DNA of 60,000 nucleotides. It comes from Botryllus schlosseri (lineage: Eukaryota). The DNA is taken from assembly GCA_051294905.1 (NCBI GenBank), contig CM119372.1:18726001-18786000 (forward strand). Direction: 5' to 3'. The notes beneath the pieces were generated by a model. The model was not told the origin of the DNA and did no database searches. It was given only the letters and a program-made list of their open reading frames with translations. This document shows, piece after piece, positions 54,801 through 60,000 of the stretch. The first letter of the stretch is position 1. Each line of letters opens with the position of its first letter. The position numbers were made by a program, and so were the translations under genes.

Positions 54801-57800
54801 CGACCCCGATGCTCTCACCCACGGCTACCCCCGTTACGGAGGATGAAAAGGCACCGGTGCCTGATGATATTTCGCCTATGGATTTTCCGAAAATTGCTAC
54901 ATCGCCAGTCCGCAGTCCGTCTATTTATGGTAGTAATCGAGGAGTTATGTCATACTAGTGTGACTTGCGTCTCAAGTCATGGTGTATCTTTTGCAGACAC
55001 ACCCGTCATGAAACCTCCCGGTCCTGGTATCGGAAAGCCCGGCGCTATGTTCGGCCGGGGGAAACCGTTTGGTCACAAGAAAAAACCGGCCACCGCCAAG
55101 TCCCGAGGCAAAGGAAAGGGGAAAGGGTGAGGCGTCAAATCGCGATGCTCTGTCTCAGAGTTCATTGTATTCCGTTACAGCCATAAACGGGGCAGTCTGT
55201 CTGGCCCGCGGAAGCGTCCGCGTGGCGGAAAAGGCAGCGCGGCGTACTCTCCGTCGGAAAGGATTGCTCCTAGACGCGCGAGGCGGTCTTTCAATAAACA
55301 ACCTTCTCTTTCGCCAGCTATTATGGGTATTATTGCTCATCTTCCAATACTTTTCAAATGTTAATGCTATCGCTACTCGGAAAATTCTCGACAACAGCTG
55401 GTCAAATTAGTCATTATTGGTTCTCAAGTAGAAGTAGAATTAATTTCTGCTCAAAGAAAAGTAGTAGTAACAATTTCCGAGTAAGTAAAAATAGCCTAGT
55501 TTTGGCTAAAATATGAAAACTGTCATGTAGAAGTGAGAGTGGTCTAAAATCATACCCACTGCAGCAAGTAGCCAAACTATGCGAAACCTGCTGAAGAAGT
55601 ACTTTGAAATATGAGAAGTTCTCTGATACTGACCACCTCTGTGTTTGAGCTGCCTCTTTGTTCGTTCTGGGGTAGAATTTTACGGGGCTACCTTCAATTG
55701 TAGTGGTTTTCTACCTGGGGGTCATTGCCTGTTTTTAAGGTCCTGACTTTCTTTATTCGGGCAAAGGTGCTCACCATTTTTTATCGGAATAAAGGGACGA
55801 GTTTTTTTGCTGTTGTGATCTTACCGTGATTTTGCTCTTGATTTTTAAATGCTTGGAAAGTGGTTGTCATGTGTAATGTAAGTCGTGTGCGTGGGGTCGG
55901 ACAGACGAACAGTTGACCTTGCTAGCACTCTATAAAAATGTATTGCAATTCGGAACTGCGGACAGGTCAGCAGAATTAGAACAGGTCAAGTAACAGGGTG
56001 AGGACTTGTAAATTCTATTTCTTTGCCTAGGTCGTGTAGACTTGTAAGTTATCAAAGTAAATTTGTATGTAATGTAAAAGTACTCTCTCTCTGTCAGAGG
56101 AAGGTTTGCCACCCGCTTCGATTCTGACTAGGACTGAGCCGGTAGTACCGATTGCCCGCGAAGAGGAATACGGCGACTCGATGCACAACACCGTCGTGAT
56201 TTGCTCGACCGATGACAAATTTACTCTGACACAGGTAATGCACGGTCGTTTTCTGACGACGTCCGGGAGCGCCGTCCATTTCTTGAAACTTGGTAAAATC
56301 TGGCAATTTTTTATGTTATTAGGATATGTGCGTCGTGTGTGGCAGTTTTGGCAAAGACTCGGAAGGCAGATTGGTTTCGTGCTCCCAATGCGGGCAATGT
56401 TATCATCCGTACTGTGTGGGGCTGAAACTTTCGAAGGTCGTGCTGAGGAAAGGGTGGAGGTGCTTGGACTGCACGGTGAGTGACTCTATGATGTTGTTTG
56501 TATTTGTTAACTGTCTTGCTTCGTCTTTTTGTCCTTCTTTTAGATGATCAATCTGATGTTGGACGATATGATAGTCGTGCTGGGTTTTTGATGTTCTCAA
56601 AGGTTTATAACTTTTTTAACCAATGCAGGTTTGTGAAGAGTGCGGTCAAGTGGACGATCCGGCTCATTTGCTTCTTTGCGACGACTGCGACATATCGTAT
56701 CACACTCATTGCCTGAAACCTCCGTTGCTTCACGTTCCAAAAGGCGGATGGAAATGCAAGTGGTACGTCGATTGTTGTTCTTTAGTTGTTCACTTTTTTT
56801 TCGCGGCGGAGCATACATACTTGCAAAGTAAAGAAACGAGCGACTCTCAAAATGATAAGTCGTGCTCTAATGCTGACTTTTGGCGCGATCGCCAGCTCGG
56901 TTAACCGCAGAGGTGGTCAGTAACGAAACCCTTCTACTTTTTCGAAATACGGAAGTAGCTTTTGCCTATTCTGCTTGAGTGGTTCTGTGTTAAGTCTACC
57001 TCCACTCCTAGTTCTTAAAATTTCGATTTTTTGAAGTAGAAAGCATAGTTTCATTGCATTTTTCGTAGTGACCAGGAGAAATAGCCCCTTATCACGGTAT
57101 CTGAAGAGCTAATTGAAAATTTCCTCCTTCAGTAGTGTCATGATTAATTTGCATCGGTGGCGGAGATGCACTGCAATTCCGGAGATGCCCGCATACTAAC
57201 CGCTTGAAGTATGCGGTCCCACCACCAAATCTGCTTTATGAAAGTTCTTACTTGAGTATTTTTCGTACCTTCATTTTCTACTTCTACTGGAAGTAGTTAT
57301 GACATGTCTCCGCAAACACTACTTTACCTTGTAACTGAGTGGACATTTACAGCGTTACTTATACCTCTACTTACGAGAACCAACATTATCTACTTTGAGA
57401 CCACCTTTGGTGAACCGTTAAAAATTGAAAATTTTGAGTTACGCACAAGATCCAGATTGTATTTCGATCTGGATGGAATCCTGATTCTGGCAATGTGAAA
57501 TATCTCGTTTTTCATGTGACTTCAGTGTTGGGATGACTCGAGTCATGACTTGACTCGAGTCACCTTTTTCGAATGACTTGACTTGACTCGAGTCACTTTG
57601 CTAAAATGACTTGACTTGACTTGACTCGGCGTATCAGAAATATGGATTGACTCGTGACTCGGAGCAAAATTCACAAGTCAATTTCGAGTCATCAAATAAT
57701 CGGTGTCGATAAAGATCACTAAATCTTGCATATGTTCGGATTGTTCGCGAAACGCTGGTGCAACCGTGAGCGCGATCAATCATTTAATGATCGTGCGTTT

Positions 57801-59361
57801 TACTGAGCCTCCATTGTTCCCTCACAAATAAATTGACCGCAAACGAAGTGATCGAAGCTTACAGCTTACGTTGTCGTAAAGTAGTATAGTAAAGTAATTA
57901 ATCTCTGTTTTTTTTTACCTTAACCAAACCTCTTGTTTTATTGAAATTGAATTCGAATATAGTTTAAATAGTCCTCAACCATTTGCACAGGCTCGAATTG
58001 TATCATATCGATTTGTAAAGGGGTGATGTATTGCATCCTATCAATTCGTATCTATCCTCTATTTAGGCTGGTAACTATAAACTGTGGTCAAGCAGTTCTA
58101 CGTATCTGTGAGCGATACAGCGTCTTCTTGCGTGAATATTAAAGTCTATATTCGTTCATCGGTTCAAAATCAATGACCACTCAATCTGTTCTTCAGACAG
58201 CTTTCAAAATGCAATGACGTTATCATGCCTCGTGCTTCGAAAAGGCAACTTGACTTGAATTGTGACTTGACTCGTGACTTGACTTGACTTGACTCGACTT
58301 GACTCGAGTCACCTCCAAAAATCGAGTGACTTGACTTGACTCGAGTCACCTTTGAAAATCGATTGACTTGACTTGACTCGAGTCAAAATGTGCAATGACT
58401 CGAAATGACTCGTGACTTGAAGGTAGTGACTTGATCCCAACACTGGTTCCGACACTTTGAATTTTCCAGGTGCGTGAGATGCGTGCATTGTGGCAGCACC
58501 TCCCCCGGGAAGAATTGCGAATGGCAATCCAATTATCAGTCCTGCGGGCCGTGCGCGTCCGCCAACCAATGTCCGAAATGCAGGAGGAGCTATCGGGACG
58601 AAGATATAATTATGCAATGCGGAACGTGCGATCGGTATGTGAAATGAATCTGCTTCATGTGTCGCGATATTATCATCTCACCTGTCAGGTTATATTACAA
58701 GTGTTTGTTATATATAAGTCTGAATATTTCAATGTCTACAACGGGGAAATCTATATACTAAGCAAGTGTTCCAATATGCTAGGCTATATTTAATTTAGTG
58801 GTAGTAGTAGCCTACTTCTACTTCATAGTTTTGAGATTTTATTTTGGAAAAACTAGCCCTAGAATACTTACCCTTTTACTTGAAAACTTCTTCTGCTTGA
58901 GTAACAGGTATGACCCCTTTGACCACATCCGCTTGATTATGACCTCTATTCAGATGGGTCCATTCGTCGTGCGAGTCCTTGTTTAGCGAAGCCGACATCG
59001 AAAAAGTCTTGGAAATGGGGTACGAGTGCTTCGGGTGCCGCCCGAAAGACGCGACCCCGCCCCATCTCGTATTGGCCGCGCAAAGCAACGATCAGGAGCA
59101 CGGCAATTTTTATATGGGCCGGACGCGTTACGAGGTCGACAATGTCAAGGTGGGTTTGGTGGATGGAAATCGACGTTTTTTTTATTTTACGACATTGCGG
59201 TTTGATTGTGCGAGTTGTTTTGTTATCATCTGTTGGCTTGTCCCGTAACAGGAATATCACAAGGACTTTACGGCGTTGACCATCAAAGGGCTTCAGCATA
59301 TTCAGAAACTCATGCAAAAGCATATGGGACTGCTAAAAAAGAGACCCCAACCGGCCAGAGG
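42830..59361 (+). CDS. KMT2C: Histone H3K4 methyltransferase KMT2C/MLL3-like (KMT2C/D family), N-terminal PHD-finger region; gene continues beyond window
   Basis: Phase-consistent GT-AG exons: 42830-42915, 42992-43129, 44095-44334, 44397-44503, 45065-45150, 45205-45333, 46030-46129, 47421-47559, 49165-49279, 49349-49426, 50033-50155, 52935-53283, 54080-54282, 54749-54929, 54997-55126, 55181-55326, 56098-56234, 56323-56475, 56629-56762, 58470-58634, 58954-59149, 59252-59361. Diagnostic peptides: CAFCYCGEKSLLGQGDL, AHHCCAAWSEGV, RAGWQCPECKICQTCR, KMLVCDACDKGYHTFCL, SMHNTVVICSTDDKFTLTQDMCVVCGSFG, KGWRCLDCTVCEECG, LLLCDDCDISYHTHCLKPPL. The start codon is tentative and the SET domain is not in the window. 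Confidence 0.92.
50237..51799. mobile_element. hAT-Charlie-like non-autonomous element in KMT2C intron
   Basis: cagaggtctcaaac...gtttgagacctctg with subterminal gcgggccgc motifs; TSD ctatagat (50229-50236, 51800-51807). Confidence 0.85.
52037..52589. mobile_element. GACTCGAGTC-rich MITE (same family as 31112-31703)
   Basis: cagggttgtaa...gtacaaccctg, colinear with 31112-31703; TSD degraded. Confidence 0.75.
56908..57409. mobile_element. hAT-like MITE, CAGAGGTGGTC family
   Basis: cagaggtggtc...gaccacctttg; flanks gttaaccg / gtgaaccg; related gaccacctct ends near 32850, 52655 and 55640. Confidence 0.7.
57523..58445. mobile_element. (GACTT/GACTC)-rich MITE ending 24 bp before a KMT2C exon
   Basis: cagtgttgggat...atcccaacactg TIRs; its right end matches a fragment at ~48855-48990; no clear TSD. 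Confidence 0.65.
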
Positions 59362-60000
59362 GTAATTGTCTTAGTTCTTACTTATGTAGCACCATGCTTA
59401 CCACGACTTACTGGAAACATTACTAGTTTTGGTTTCTGCTCCACTTTTGAGCTGCCAGCTTGTTCCAACTAGTCTTGACGGCTCATTTTGGAGCCAAATC
59501 TCTCATGGATATGGTACTTTCATCTTCACATCAATGACCCACAACCCTATTCAAACACTAGCATCCAGTCTGCAATTCTGCGTTTCTTGATGACTTGATA
59601 ACTGGCGATTTGGCCTAACCTTTTTCAAACTTTGGATTAGGATTTCGATTCTATCGCATCCAATTAGGAGTCCTGAAATAACGTGCAAGGGGAAAAGGTG
59701 GCCGGTTGAAAAGTAATTTTTGTTGCTTGGAGTATTCTAGTAGGTTTTGCCTACCATGTGCTACTTACTCAATTGATTATCACTGGTCAACAAAAATTTT
59801 GTTGCATTTCTACCAACACTTGTTCTTACCTAATTTGGGGGCGCTGAATCCGAATCTGACCTTAGTTTTTTTCTGCAAGGTCTAGATTTTTTGCAAATCG
59901 AGATTTTTTATTGTATTTCTAAATTCAAATTTTCTGAAAAATTACATGATTTGTCAAATGACGTTCTTGCTTATAGTCGAATAACCAACCTCAAAACAAT

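Overview
Eukaryotic, intron-containing animal DNA, most consistent with a tunicate/ascidian (inferred from a lamin lacking the Ig-fold, short introns and foldback elements). Four nuclear/chromatin genes lie in a row. (1) The 3' part of a lamin gene (+, 697-7683), whose short tail has an NLS and CaaX but no Ig-fold. (2) An intronless MBD-domain gene (+, 23202-24686). (3) RBBP4/RBBP7 (-, 26060-28097, one intron). (4) The 5' PHD-finger region of a KMT2C/MLL3-like gene (+, from 42830, running off the window). Intergenic DNA is dominated by non-autonomous DNA transposons: a nest of hAT-type MITEs with readable TSDs (12.1-18.4 kb), a 3.1-kb near-perfect palindrome with Sola2-like ends (18.8-21.9 kb), and a ~12-kb foldback-type element (29.6-41.6 kb). 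The foldback element has a 9-bp TSD and modular 21/24-bp repeat arms, carries a decayed repeat-protein region and a possible Maverick-like end, and appears to split a decayed membrane-anchored (glycosyltransferase-like) gene. All calls come from reading the sequence by eye; no database searches were run.
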